From a virus (taxonomy: Duplodnaviria > Caudoviricetes), in the IMG/VR virus record IMGVR_UViG_3300044980_000053, positions 1 through 62,029 of that record: a stretch of DNA of 62,029 nt; one strand, given 5' to 3'. The notes under the pieces are model-generated. The model saw nothing but the letters and a program-made list of their open reading frames with translations, was not told the origin of the DNA and made no database searches. Below, in pieces: positions 52,650-62,029 of the stretch (the first letter of the stretch is position 1; each line of letters starts with the position of its first letter). The position numbers and the translations under genes were made by a program.

Positions 52650-55106
52650 TTAGATAGCGTAGCCCGTCTGGAAGTGGTTCCACCGGCGCCTAACGCGCCC
52701 GATAGAGAGCGTATACGGACCGCCAGAGCCTGCGTTCGTCTGGGTGTTAAACCAAACGCTGACAGGATTTCCAGTGATAGACGTTCCGGCCTGAGCCACA
52801 TTGGCAACTAGCGCGCCGTTGATGAACAACCTGGCGCGGTAGTTAGTACCACCCGCTGAGTTCATGTTGGGACCGCAAATCTCTAGCTTCATCAGATAGA
52901 GAGTGTTAGCCACAACGGGAACGCCAGTGGATGTGAAGGTTTGCGAGTCGGCGTTGAAGTTGAGCTGCCAGCTGCCGTACGAGAAATCCCAGTGAGCGGT
53001 GATAGCGTCACTGCCGATCTTAACGCCTAGGTCTGTTGAGAACTCGTGGCTCGAGTCGTCAACAGTGCCAGTCTTGACGAGGAACTCTAGGGTGTACTCA
53101 AGGTTTGAGTCGGCCCAGGCTTCCTCTGGACCGGTAAGAGCAGAGGTACCTGTACCTGTTCCATTGCCAAGCGTTTGCAACGTGACCGTTCGCTGACTAA
53201 GGCCAGAGGCCGGAAGATTGTAACTGATAGCGTCGCTGCTTGCGGACAAGTTCATCAGACCCTGCGTATACGTCCAACAATCTGGCAGAACGGTGTACAG
53301 AATCTGCACGTCCAACAGAAGGATATTGCTGCCAGAGATTGTGCAGCTAAAGGACAGACTCAGTTTTTCTGTTAGAAGACTCTGGTGGGGGAGATGCCCA
53401 GACGTGGGGGATGCTCCTACGACAAGAGCCTCTGTAGTGCCGGTCGTAGCGGTTGTTACGCCATTAGCAACAACAGTACTTAGCCCAGATGGCGATAGGT
53501 TCGTCGACTTTAGAGCAACGTCAAGTACGTTGGATGCGTTGTTTGAAAGATAATAGACGACGATGCCGTTGATGATGGCGTTCGACGGGACGGACTCCGA
53601 CAGAGGAAGAACCCAGACGTCGCTAGACGTGGTCAATTCGACATCTACGCCTGTCACGCTGGGACTGCCTGCGGAGGCGGCACCGTCTACGGGGTCGAGA
53701 TGAACTATTGTCTGCAGCCCTGTGCCGTGTGTCCAGTCCTCATCAACCTCAGAGACCTGACCCATTCGGTAACCCGTGTGGTCAATAAGGGACCGAGGAT
53801 TTCCGAGATAGTCGTTGAACGTTCTAAGAGGCGTGTAGTTGGTCTCTGCCGGGGCCTTGTCGCTGTGCACGAAGTTCGCCATCGTAGCGATCTGCGTACC
53901 TAGCGGCCCAGCAGTGAGATACGTGCCGACCGTAGGGCCCTCGATCTTGGCGGCGCCGGAAGCGCTGCCAGCGAGGTCGCTGACGATCTTGGATAGCTGC
54001 GCTTGAACCGTGGTTGCAGGATTGGTCGTGCCGTCTGCCCAGTTGGGACCGCCGCTGTACGAAATGTTTGCGGCTGTATACGCACCTAGCGGCTGATTGG
54101 TGGCGCCCTGTGCGATTGCAACGCCAGTGTCAAAAACGAGTTCGCCGTTGATTACCTTGCAGATGTGTAGCGCGTTAACGAGGAGCTCGGGGTGGACGCG
54201 GGAGTTGAAGAGACTGGAGGCGGAGATCAGCGTGTTACTGTTCTCCGGGATGGACTGGCGGCGACCTCCTGTAGATGAGGTGCTGCTCACTTGTGAGAAT
54301 TGAACCGCCAGTGAATCGCCTTCCGCGAGCACCTGGGATGGGTTCGACGTAAAGAAACCTGCAAGATTGGCGGGGCTAAGCGTGTAACCAACGCCGTCTA
54401 TATTGCCAGAAATGTATTGCTTGGTTTGTGGCACCAATAACAAATCAGTGCCGGAGCCGCCACCGACCAGTGTCGCGTTCACGAGCTGTGTGTTGTCTGG
54501 CGATGCAGGTATTAGCGCATTGAGCGCGGAGATGACCTGAGACATCGTTGTAGTACCGGATACAGCGACGATAGAAATCGTGCGCTCGTAAGTATTCTCC
54601 GTCGAGAGAGTACAAGAAAACGAGGCACCAGAACTTATGGTGATGTTGATCTCGTCGCCAGCGGCGTAGGCGCGGCGCAGGGATTGGACCTGGACAGTCT
54701 GCGCGGAGTCAGAGGCGCGCTTGAGGTAGAGCGAGCCGTAGAAGGATTGGACGGGTGGAACAGGCGAGGCCTGAGCTGAACCAGGTGTCAGGCCTGGTAG
54801 GATGTATAGGACGTCGCTGAGTGTAAAAATGCCAGAGGCGGCGTCAGTGGTACTGCCAGGCCAACTAATAGTACCAGGACCTGCCAGGAGCATTCTTTGC
54901 TGCGAATCACGCAGATACAACGAGTCGTTCTCCACAGACCTGAGAACTTCAAACCGCTGCCGAAGGCATTCAATACTTCTTCCAAGAACAGTTTGGTTTA
55001 ATGCTTCACCGTTTTGCGGGGGTAGCACCGAGGCAAGGTTATTTTCGCCATCGTCAGAAGCCGTGTTCTGCGAGTAATCGACAAACGGGGTTACTGGACC
55101 AGACAT
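52650..55106 (-). CDS. Tail fibre/baseplate-associated structural protein
   Basis: 818 aa, Ser/Thr/Gly-rich, beta-rich lectin-like C-terminus; downstream of the baseplate genes. Confidence 0.65.
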   Translation of the reverse strand: MSGPVTPFVDYSQNTASDDGENNLASVLPPQNGEALNQTVLGRSIECLRQRFEVLRSVENDSLYLRDSQQRMLLAGPGTISWPGSTTDAASGIFTLSDVLYILPGLTPGSAQASPVPPVQSFYGSLYLKRASDSAQTVQVQSLRRAYAAGDEINITISSGASFSCTLSTENTYERTISIVAVSGTTTMSQVISALNALIPASPDNTQLVNATLVGGGSGTDLLLVPQTKQYISGNIDGVGYTLSPANLAGFFTSNPSQVLAEGDSLAVQFSQVSSTSSTGGRRQSIPENSNTLISASSLFNSRVHPELLVNALHICKVINGELVFDTGVAIAQGATNQPLGAYTAANISYSGGPNWADGTTNPATTVQAQLSKIVSDLAGSASGAAKIEGPTVGTYLTAGPLGTQIATMANFVHSDKAPAETNYTPLRTFNDYLGNPRSLIDHTGYRMGQVSEVDEDWTHGTGLQTIVHLDPVDGAASAGSPSVTGVDVELTTSSDVWVLPLSESVPSNAIINGIVVYYLSNNASNVLDVALKSTNLSPSGLSTVVANGVTTATTGTTEALVVGASPTSGHLPHQSLLTEKLSLSFSCTISGSNILLLDVQILYTVLPDCWTYTQGLMNLSASSDAISYNLPASGLSQRTVTLQTLGNGTGTGTSALTGPEEAWADSNLEYTLEFLVKTGTVDDSSHEFSTDLGVKIGSDAITAHWDFSYGSWQLNFNADSQTFTSTGVPVVANTLYLMKLEICGPNMNSAGGTNYRARLFINGALVANVAQAGTSITGNPVSVWFNTQTNAGSGGPYTLSIGRVRRRWNHFQTGYAI

Positions 55107-55108
55107 GG

Positions 55109-56095
55109 TTAAGCAGCTCCTGCGAACAAGGTCACTTCAACAGGTTTGTCTTTGAAGAGACTGTCTTGACAAACTTTGACATCCCAGCGTGTAAGTTTAC
55201 ACCCACCAAAGCGAATACGCCAATCGATGAAATCTTCAAACGTGAGATCCATTTTGGCGCGATTGCAAATAATGCAACAGGGAACTACGTTAGTTCGATG
55301 GTAGCCCTGATCGTTATCAACTCGATCAATGCCCGAATAGCGATAGACATCTTCGTATCCCTTACCTTTGGCTCTTCTTGTATTAGTGCCGGCGGCGGCG
55401 CAGTAAAAACAAGGAGCCTCAAACAAAATGCGACACTCTTCGTCTGTCAAATCCCAGCCAATACCTCGACTACGTGCGTTTGCTTTACCTTGTTTGATAA
55501 TGCAGTTGCGTGCGATCTTATCCCGGTCTTTGTGAATCCGCGAGCAGCCACAGCTAGTGGTATGTCCTGATCGAAGATCGTGTCCGCTTACAACGATTTC
55601 CCGTTCAGTACACGTACAACAGCATACCCAATAACCTTTATCTCTTGGCGCGCCTTCTGACATTGAAGCGAGACGCAACACCGTCAGTTGTCCATATGTG
55701 TTACCGACTTCATTTAATCGACGAATACATCCACAACTTCTTGTCTGTCCATCTGTTAGATGGCTTCCACGTACAATCACTTCAATACGTTCTTCGCATG
55801 CACAGACACAAATCCAGTAAGCTTCACCCTTCTTTCCTTTGTGCGACAAACGAACCACTGTAAGTAATCCATATACAGCACCTTGTCTATCTTTAGACAA
55901 CGCACATCCGCAACTTTTAGTTGCGCCACTGCGCAAACTCTGACCCATTACAGTAACTAACGTTTTGTCAGAACACGCACATTGGCACAAAAATCGTGTA
56001 CGTTTACTACCACCAGAGACGATAGATTCGGCACGCTCGATTACGGTGAGCTTGCCAAAAACATCACCAGATTGTATTGGGTTTTTTCGTGGCAT
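55109..56095 (-). CDS. HNH homing endonuclease with three Cys-rich N-terminal repeats
   Basis: 3 x GxLTV...CxCxC...GxTxSCGC; CFYC...GIDRVDN...VVPCCIICNRAK; AT-rich; inserted in the tail operon. Confidence 0.88.
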   Translation of the reverse strand: MPRKNPIQSGDVFGKLTVIERAESIVSGGSKRTRFLCQCACSDKTLVTVMGQSLRSGATKSCGCALSKDRQGAVYGLLTVVRLSHKGKKGEAYWICVCACEERIEVIVRGSHLTDGQTRSCGCIRRLNEVGNTYGQLTVLRLASMSEGAPRDKGYWVCCCTCTEREIVVSGHDLRSGHTTSCGCSRIHKDRDKIARNCIIKQGKANARSRGIGWDLTDEECRILFEAPCFYCAAAGTNTRRAKGKGYEDVYRYSGIDRVDNDQGYHRTNVVPCCIICNRAKMDLTFEDFIDWRIRFGGCKLTRWDVKVCQDSLFKDKPVEVTLFAGAA

Positions 56096-56097
56096 GT

Positions 56098-56643
56098 TTA
56101 TGGCGTAGCCTGGTACAACAGAGTCCAGCTCACGTCCACGGTTATCGCTGAAGTCTTCGCAATTGTTGGGAAAATTTGACGCGCTAGAAGGCGCGTAGTG
56201 CCTGGCGCGGTTCCAGGCGTGTCAGACGTAGACTGTGCGGTTCCGCCAGAAAACAGTCCGGCCTCGCTTATGTTCTGAGAATTAAGATCGCCGGATGGAA
56301 TCGTAATAATGAGCGTGACCTCGCCAGGGGCCAGGGTCACTTTTCCAGAATCGCCGATAACGTACCCTCCGATAGGGCTTTGGAGAGATATGTCAGAGCG
56401 AGTCGGCTGTGTTGTGCCAGATCCGAGACGGAGGCTGTAAATTTGATCCTGTAGAGGGGCAGGATCCGTAGCCCGTTGACATACCAATTCTACCAATAAA
56501 TTCGCCATGTTATAAGTAATTTGGTTGAATAGCTGGTGTTTACGCTTAATACCCCCAGTTACCGCGTCTCGCACTACGACTTGAAGGATCCCACGCATCG
56601 GTAGACCATCGCCAAAATCATTCATATCAGTGAGCGTAGACAT
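56098..56643 (-). CDS. Baseplate/tail-fibre attachment protein
   Basis: NQITY...LGSGTTQP...ISEAGLF...ARQIFPTIAKT..ITVDVSW pattern typical of myovirus tail-collar proteins. Confidence 0.7.
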   Translation of the reverse strand: MSTLTDMNDFGDGLPMRGILQVVVRDAVTGGIKRKHQLFNQITYNMANLLVELVCQRATDPAPLQDQIYSLRLGSGTTQPTRSDISLQSPIGGYVIGDSGKVTLAPGEVTLIITIPSGDLNSQNISEAGLFSGGTAQSTSDTPGTAPGTTRLLARQIFPTIAKTSAITVDVSWTLLYQATP

Positions 56644-59029
56644 TAATTGGCCTCTCGATAAGACTTATATCACGCGGTTGCGTTGAGGGGAACGTTGTTC
56701 CATCCCATCCCTGTACGCTGCCGTAACTTGCCGCAAGTAACATAGGATCGACGCCGCCGACAAGCAGAGGCATGTCATTGCCGCTGATGGAAGACGTAGA
56801 TAGATTTCCAATATTGGCCTGCATAAAGTTCACAGTAACCGTGGTACTATCCCAAGCGGTCAAACGCGTGATCGTACGACTCGTGTGGTTCACCGTATAG
56901 TCTACGTTTTCACGCAGTGCAAGGCCTCCAATTGTGCCTTCAATCCAAACGCGGTTTAGGTAAGCGTACCGAGGGGACGACGGCACGTCCGGCAACGTTA
57001 CTGGAACGCTGAGACTAGGAAACGACACACTCGGTGTAAATTCTTCGAGATGGTAAAAATCGCCCGCGTTCCATAAACCTTCTCCTACAGTAGGCGAATA
57101 GTCTGTAAAGACTACCTGGTCGGGACCGTAGACGCGGGATCCTACCAATCTTGCAAACGAAATCGGATCGTCAATTATATCAACGAGATCAGAAAAAAAA
57201 GTGGAAGGAACCGTCAGAGGGTACGTATATGCCGGTCTGGACCCAACAACGAGATCGTTCAAATCCGTAATGGACTGCGGAAAAGCCGTTCCGATAAGTG
57301 CAGAAATAGCCGCTGCATTAAAAGTGACAAAGAAGGTCTGGTACTTCAGATATTCATTAAACAACACATAAGCTACTCGATGCCTGTAAATATTTGAGGT
57401 CTCAGGAATAAAACCATCATCAGATGCTCCCACTATGAGACCTGGATCACCAACTTGTGCTTGATCAACGGGGTCAACCACGTTTAGAACATACAGAGGT
57501 GACGAAGTGCGACGAATTATGTCGGGGTACTGCCCGTCGATCGGGGTGAAAAGTTGTATTGGAATAACCGACGAGGCCCACCATGTCGGGCTCTGCACAT
57601 AATCCGTGACGGTTACCGCTGTCGTCAAAACCTCGAACGCGCTCAATACAGCACCAACGATAAGATCTGTTCTCAGCGGGGTTCCTGCTGGATACGTATA
57701 GTAATTAGTTAGCCCCGTGATGGGGTTCGTCGTCAACACGCGAACGTAGTTCGGGTCGCTGAAATCTACCGACTGATAAACCTCACCGTCGTTCTGCACG
57801 ACGGGGAATCCCATGACGACGTTGAGGGCAGACTCCACTCGATCAAAAACTGGACCCAGGATGTAAAGCTGAAAAATACCGCGGAGAAATCCTCGATAGG
57901 CCTCACTGCTAGGTCCCTGCCTTCCGATCATCGATCCGAAGTTGTTCGACAGAGTCATGCGATCTACGAGACCGTCTGGAACCCAGAACGACATCTGTAG
58001 TGATGGAGTCGTCGTACCAGGCGGTTCCTCGATCGAACCTGTTGTCGACAAACGGGGCGACGCGCCAGAGGCAGGAAACTGTTCTTGCTTCCAAGTGTAA
58101 TTTGCAGAGTACGGGCCCGGGTATCCCTGCCATGCAGTGATCGCAGTGATCGTACCTGACTCGTAGTTAACTACGTAGTCAATGTTCTCTTGCACTAGAC
58201 CTCCAGAAGGGGCCTGTGCGAAGATCTGCAGCGAGCCTTGGTCTATCCGTGTATGTGCGAGATTGCCTTGATTGCCAATAGTGAGATTAAAGATCTCGCC
58301 GTTGACCTGATTGTCGGCGGGCGTGCGTAGAACGACGTAGTTAACCGCGCCAGTCAAATTCGCAGGAATCGGCGTCTCGAGAGATACCCACAGGCCGCCT
58401 GTACGCACGAGCACGATATCGCAGTCGGCGTTCTTTCTCTGGAAGCCGTTGGGGCCCACGTCCAAGAATCGAATGATATCGCCCTTCATCACGCCTGACG
58501 GCGATGCGGGCGTCCAACTAGATACTGTGCTGTCGGTGAGCTCTCCACCGGTTTCGATGTCTACTGTGCGATAAGCGAAGCCAGGAAGAGGCGTGCCATT
58601 GCCAGAAGTATCTGTCGGGTCCGTGACAAACTGGAGATTCGGAAGCACGACGTCGAAGTCAATCGACGGCTCGAGGCTAGCGGTCGGTTCAAACGTCGTG
58701 TTGTCTAGTGAAGGGATCGAGACGAATTGCGAGCCATCAGGGTTCGACGGAGAGGTGACGAGCCAGCGATTGAGTTGCGTAGTAGAGCCCTCTTGAAAGG
58801 AAACCTCGTCTTCGCTGATCGTGACCAGCGTATAAAACTCCTTGTCGAAGGCGACGGCGTCCGTGAGGCACGGCGCGAGCGTGGCACTCGCGAGGTCCAA
58901 GAATGCCTGACCCATTAGCAACTCTTCGCCTTGACACAGAGCCTGGACCTGGTCTGCGTCGGCGAAGAATCGCTGCCAGAAGCCACTCAAGCCCTGGAAG
59001 AGAATCGATGGACTAGAAGGAACAGGCAT
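56627..59029 (-). CDS. Baseplate wedge/structural protein
   Basis: 800 aa; NFGSMIG...YRGFLRGIFQLYILGP wedge-like segment; follows baseplate J. Confidence 0.65.
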   Translation of the reverse strand: MPVPSSPSILFQGLSGFWQRFFADADQVQALCQGEELLMGQAFLDLASATLAPCLTDAVAFDKEFYTLVTISEDEVSFQEGSTTQLNRWLVTSPSNPDGSQFVSIPSLDNTTFEPTASLEPSIDFDVVLPNLQFVTDPTDTSGNGTPLPGFAYRTVDIETGGELTDSTVSSWTPASPSGVMKGDIIRFLDVGPNGFQRKNADCDIVLVRTGGLWVSLETPIPANLTGAVNYVVLRTPADNQVNGEIFNLTIGNQGNLAHTRIDQGSLQIFAQAPSGGLVQENIDYVVNYESGTITAITAWQGYPGPYSANYTWKQEQFPASGASPRLSTTGSIEEPPGTTTPSLQMSFWVPDGLVDRMTLSNNFGSMIGRQGPSSEAYRGFLRGIFQLYILGPVFDRVESALNVVMGFPVVQNDGEVYQSVDFSDPNYVRVLTTNPITGLTNYYTYPAGTPLRTDLIVGAVLSAFEVLTTAVTVTDYVQSPTWWASSVIPIQLFTPIDGQYPDIIRRTSSPLYVLNVVDPVDQAQVGDPGLIVGASDDGFIPETSNIYRHRVAYVLFNEYLKYQTFFVTFNAAAISALIGTAFPQSITDLNDLVVGSRPAYTYPLTVPSTFFSDLVDIIDDPISFARLVGSRVYGPDQVVFTDYSPTVGEGLWNAGDFYHLEEFTPSVSFPSLSVPVTLPDVPSSPRYAYLNRVWIEGTIGGLALRENVDYTVNHTSRTITRLTAWDSTTVTVNFMQANIGNLSTSSISGNDMPLLVGGVDPMLLAASYGSVQGWDGTTFPSTQPRDISLIERPINVYAH

Positions 59030-59031
59030 GA

Positions 59032-60999
59032 CTAGTTCGATACCACTGTAACGGTATTTGCGTTTGCGAGATAAACTACCGTACGGTCAGTAACACCAAG
59101 CGCTACGAGATCTGGCGCGGGACTAGAGACGAGTTTACTCGGATCAATCGTAACTATGTCCGTCGAACTATAGGTACTAGTTGTACCTGTTGGGTCTCGC
59201 AGAACGTAAGTGAAGACGATCGGCTCGAGTACGCCTATCGATGGATATTGATTACGGACATACTGACTTACCGCTGACGCGTCGATCGGCGCTGCGTTCG
59301 TGTTGAAGTTGGTGATAAACGCCGCTACGTTGGTCGCTATATCAGCGTTGTTCAACGTTGTCGTTGCCGTTGTCTGTAGTGTATATGTGATGGTACAGCT
59401 AACGACTACAGGATTGAGGCCGCGTGGAAGCGGAAAAGAACTTAGGATTCGCTCCGAAGTTCCACGCACGAACTCGTCGATCGCGCTGAACGTCGATACT
59501 GTCCGATAGCGCACGCGGAGGTTAAGTCCGTCGAAGCGGGAGACGTCTGCGTCTGTTCCGACGACGACCTGCATCTGCATGAGTGCACTCTGCGCGTACA
59601 CTGGCTCTGTTACAATCGTCTGAAATTGGAGGCCCTCTGACGGCGTCACCGCGTTACTCGGTGCCTGGTTCACCTGGTTAGGAAAGTGCTCCAGACCGTC
59701 GAGAGGAGAAATAAATGCGGACTCTGACCCGGGTGGATTCAAGATAGCGACGTCGAGGATATCTAGTACTGGGCCGCCTGGTAGTGTAATCTGGCCACTT
59801 GCTGCAACAGTGCGAGAAGTGATTCCGGTCGTCAGTGGGATACCCCCGACGCCTGCCAAGACGTCGTTGTAATTCGGCGCTGTCGTACCGATGGTATAGC
59901 TGACGTTCGTTGGCGGCGATGCTTCGTCGGTAATCACAGGGAACGGCGCCGTCTCGCTGATGACGAGATACGTCCCGTTGTTCGCGATCACCATGTGCTC
60001 GGTAGGCACATTTGGGAAACCAGCTGAGATGTGAATGATGTCACCTGGCTCTACGGCAGAGAAGCTATTCGAGTTGTCGCGGAAGATAGCCGCGACGCCG
60101 TCTGGTCTCTCGTACAGGCCGCCGACCACACCAGTGAACTCCGTCTCTACCGGCGCCAGGCCTAGGTAGATATCTATCATGCCTCCGACATGGAAGAGCA
60201 TGTGTGGTGCAACCCCAGGCACGAGGTCTCTTTGCATCTCGGGGTCTCCATACCCTACAACCGTCAGCGTGTTTATGCCGTCGAAATTGTCATTCAGTGT
60301 CGCGACGATCGAACGCTGATTGATCAGGTTTCTGACCGAGATCGCCGTTGGCGCGCGGGCTAGGACCTCTGGAACAGTCTCTTGGCCTGCGCCACCTGAG
60401 AACGTATCGACGATCTCAACATATGTGACATACGGGCTGAAGGGCGCGAAGCTTGCAAACTGTCCGGGCCCGACGTTGTAAGATGTGCCGGTCTGCGTTG
60501 CCACTAGCGGAATGCGGAACTCGTAATCAGTTACTACGTTCGTCGAATCGACGATAGGCACGAGGGACGCCGCTGGAATGAAATACGTTTGCGCACTGTC
60601 CACCAGGAATGTGATACCCGGTGCCCACGTGAATAGATTCGTAATGGGAACAAAGATGTCGACCTGTCTCGAGGAATGGCCGATTGCGTAGCCGACGGCC
60701 TTTGTGCCAGATAGCGGTGAAATGAAGAAGTTGCTAAGGATTGCGGTAACCGCGTCAGCCTGCGCCGTAGGGTCAGTGCCTGTAGCGTTGGCCGCGGTGT
60801 TCAGTGACTGCAGCTGTGAGGTCTGCGCGTACTGCCCACGGAGATAGGCGAAGATTGCGGCCACGGCGCCGATAGTCAAATCTCGAAGCGCCGTGCCGGG
60901 CGTAAAATCGCCTGTAGGTACCTCTTGTGTCAAGAGATCCTGCAGGAAGCTCGCGGCGTTCGCGACGTCGTCTTGTGAGATGGTGATATCTGTTGCCAT
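59032..60999 (-). CDS. Baseplate J-like wedge protein
   Basis: DFTPGTALRDL, FSGGAGQET..EVLAR, VVGYGDPEMQRD. Confidence 0.8.
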   Translation of the reverse strand: MATDITISQDDVANAASFLQDLLTQEVPTGDFTPGTALRDLTIGAVAAIFAYLRGQYAQTSQLQSLNTAANATGTDPTAQADAVTAILSNFFISPLSGTKAVGYAIGHSSRQVDIFVPITNLFTWAPGITFLVDSAQTYFIPAASLVPIVDSTNVVTDYEFRIPLVATQTGTSYNVGPGQFASFAPFSPYVTYVEIVDTFSGGAGQETVPEVLARAPTAISVRNLINQRSIVATLNDNFDGINTLTVVGYGDPEMQRDLVPGVAPHMLFHVGGMIDIYLGLAPVETEFTGVVGGLYERPDGVAAIFRDNSNSFSAVEPGDIIHISAGFPNVPTEHMVIANNGTYLVISETAPFPVITDEASPPTNVSYTIGTTAPNYNDVLAGVGGIPLTTGITSRTVAASGQITLPGGPVLDILDVAILNPPGSESAFISPLDGLEHFPNQVNQAPSNAVTPSEGLQFQTIVTEPVYAQSALMQMQVVVGTDADVSRFDGLNLRVRYRTVSTFSAIDEFVRGTSERILSSFPLPRGLNPVVVSCTITYTLQTTATTTLNNADIATNVAAFITNFNTNAAPIDASAVSQYVRNQYPSIGVLEPIVFTYVLRDPTGTTSTYSSTDIVTIDPSKLVSSPAPDLVALGVTDRTVVYLANANTVTVVSN

Positions 61000-61001
61000 G
61001 G

Positions 61002-61451
61002 CTAGGTCCCCGTGACTGACAGCATAGGTAGAATCAGGTTTAGCCCTTGATTAGCCGCATTTGTAATCAGGATCTGTGCGGCTATTCCCGGCGCTTCTGG
61101 AATAAGAATGTACTGGGTGACAACAATAGACGATAGCTGCTCGTCACTTGGGACGTTCGTCTGAGCGGCTTGGTAGGCCGTCAACGTATCAGATGCTTGC
61201 TGAATCGATAGCTGCAGAACCTCCTGTGCATCCTGCGTCGTGACGTTTGCGCCCATGAGATTGGTGAGCTGCGTCCCGTATGTAGGGTCGAGCGGATCAG
61301 TACCAACGGGAGTGAGAAGGCACTTGGCCACTTCATTTACGAGCTTATTAATTCCTCGAACGCCGAGAGAGCGCGTCTGCCCGAAAGAATAGAATCCAAA
61401 GCCATTATATTTTGAAGCAGGAACTATCTGCACGTTGACGTCGTAACTCAC
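61002..61451 (-). CDS. Baseplate wedge gp25-like protein
   Basis: KCLLTPVGTDPLDPTYGTQL motif. Confidence 0.8.
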   Translation of the reverse strand: MSYDVNVQIVPASKYNGFGFYSFGQTRSLGVRGINKLVNEVAKCLLTPVGTDPLDPTYGTQLTNLMGANVTTQDAQEVLQLSIQQASDTLTAYQAAQTNVPSDEQLSSIVVTQYILIPEAPGIAAQILITNAANQGLNLILPMLSVTGT

Positions 61452-62029
61452 AGCGGACTCCCGTCTGTCCAGACCCCATTTTGGAAATCAAACGTCATCG
61501 GCGACTGCACGATCGTTCCTCCGCTCCTAAACGTATTCACTGCCGCGTGAAGAGCATTTTGGTCTACCTGAAGTCTACCTGCTAGTAGGTCTGCATACGA
61601 CGCGTGATTGCTCTTGATCTGTGCGATGGTCTGATTCTCGAGAAGAGTTGCACGGTCGAGGGCCTGCGTATTGGCTAAACCAAGACTGCTCATCACCTGT
61701 ACGCCTGCGGCAGCAGGAATAAGCGCTATGGCCGCAAGCGGCGTTCCAAGCGCAGAGGTCGTAGAGTCCGGATGACCGGGCCAGTAGTTGGGAACGAGTG
61801 CCGATGGGTTGACCGGAGCTACGAAACCAGCTGATACGAAGTTGATCTGAAAGTGCGTGAATGGGCTCGTGTTGAGAAAGCCATATGGTCCGCCTGTAAC
61901 GCCAACTTTGCCTATGGCCTGGCCTTCACTGACTGGCTTACCAATAGGCGGACATCCTGTCGCACTCGACAGGTGCGTATAGACCGTTTGATAGCCAGCA
62001 AAGTCCCCGTTATGTTCAATGACTATATA
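61448..62029 (-). CDS. M23-family peptidase domain protein, partial (5' end beyond window)
   Basis: Manual translation YIVIEHNG...YQTVYTHL...VSEGQAIGKVGVTG...PFTHFQI is in frame with track ORF 61448-61696. Confidence 0.8.
   Translation of the reverse strand, partial: YIVIEHNGDFAGYQTVYTHLSSATGCPPIGKPVSEGQAIGKVGVTGGPYGFLNTSPFTHFQINFVSAGFVAPVNPSALVPNYWPGHPDSTTSALGTPLAAIALIPAAAGVQVMSSLGLANTQALDRATLLENQTIAQIKSNHASYADLLAGRLQVDQNALHAAVNTFRSGGTIVQSPMTFDFQNGVWTDGSPL

Noticed and set aside
61448-61696. Stand-alone 82 aa gene
   Set aside because: The frame is open to the window end; this is the C-terminus of the partial M23 protein.

Overview
This is a 62 kb slice of a large lytic tailed-phage genome (myovirus-like, probably jumbo); no integrase or host housekeeping context is visible. 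Genes are sorted by strand and interleaved. The minus strand carries virion/late functions: internal-head-like proteins rich in K-x-A motifs, portal, large terminase, baseplate/tail, an M23 peptidase, a sigma70-family factor and a bacterial-type multisubunit RNA polymerase. That polymerase is a beta+beta-prime-N fusion, with a LAGLIDADG intein directly after the catalytic DYDGD, plus a separate beta-prime-C gene. The plus strand carries replication and accessory genes: SNF2 helicase, HNH-RNA ligase, two Cas4-like nucleases, an SSB-like protein, primase-helicase, UDG-PolA, DEDDh exonuclease, AlkB, SPFH, tRNA-Val, MoxR-type AAA with a VWA-metallopeptidase, RuvC and class II RNR. The best candidate for an undescribed system is a self-contained transcription and packaging programme: the RNAP, a shared TAyvmTTAs promoter-like motif upstream of minus-strand genes, and a K-x-A / K.A...G..AAL..FKLA targeting or cleavage code on head proteins. 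Also notable are two densely structured intergenic RNAs, small proteins resembling the AAA C-terminal domain, and footprints of homing endonuclease activity. All calls come from motif reading by eye; no database searches were run.
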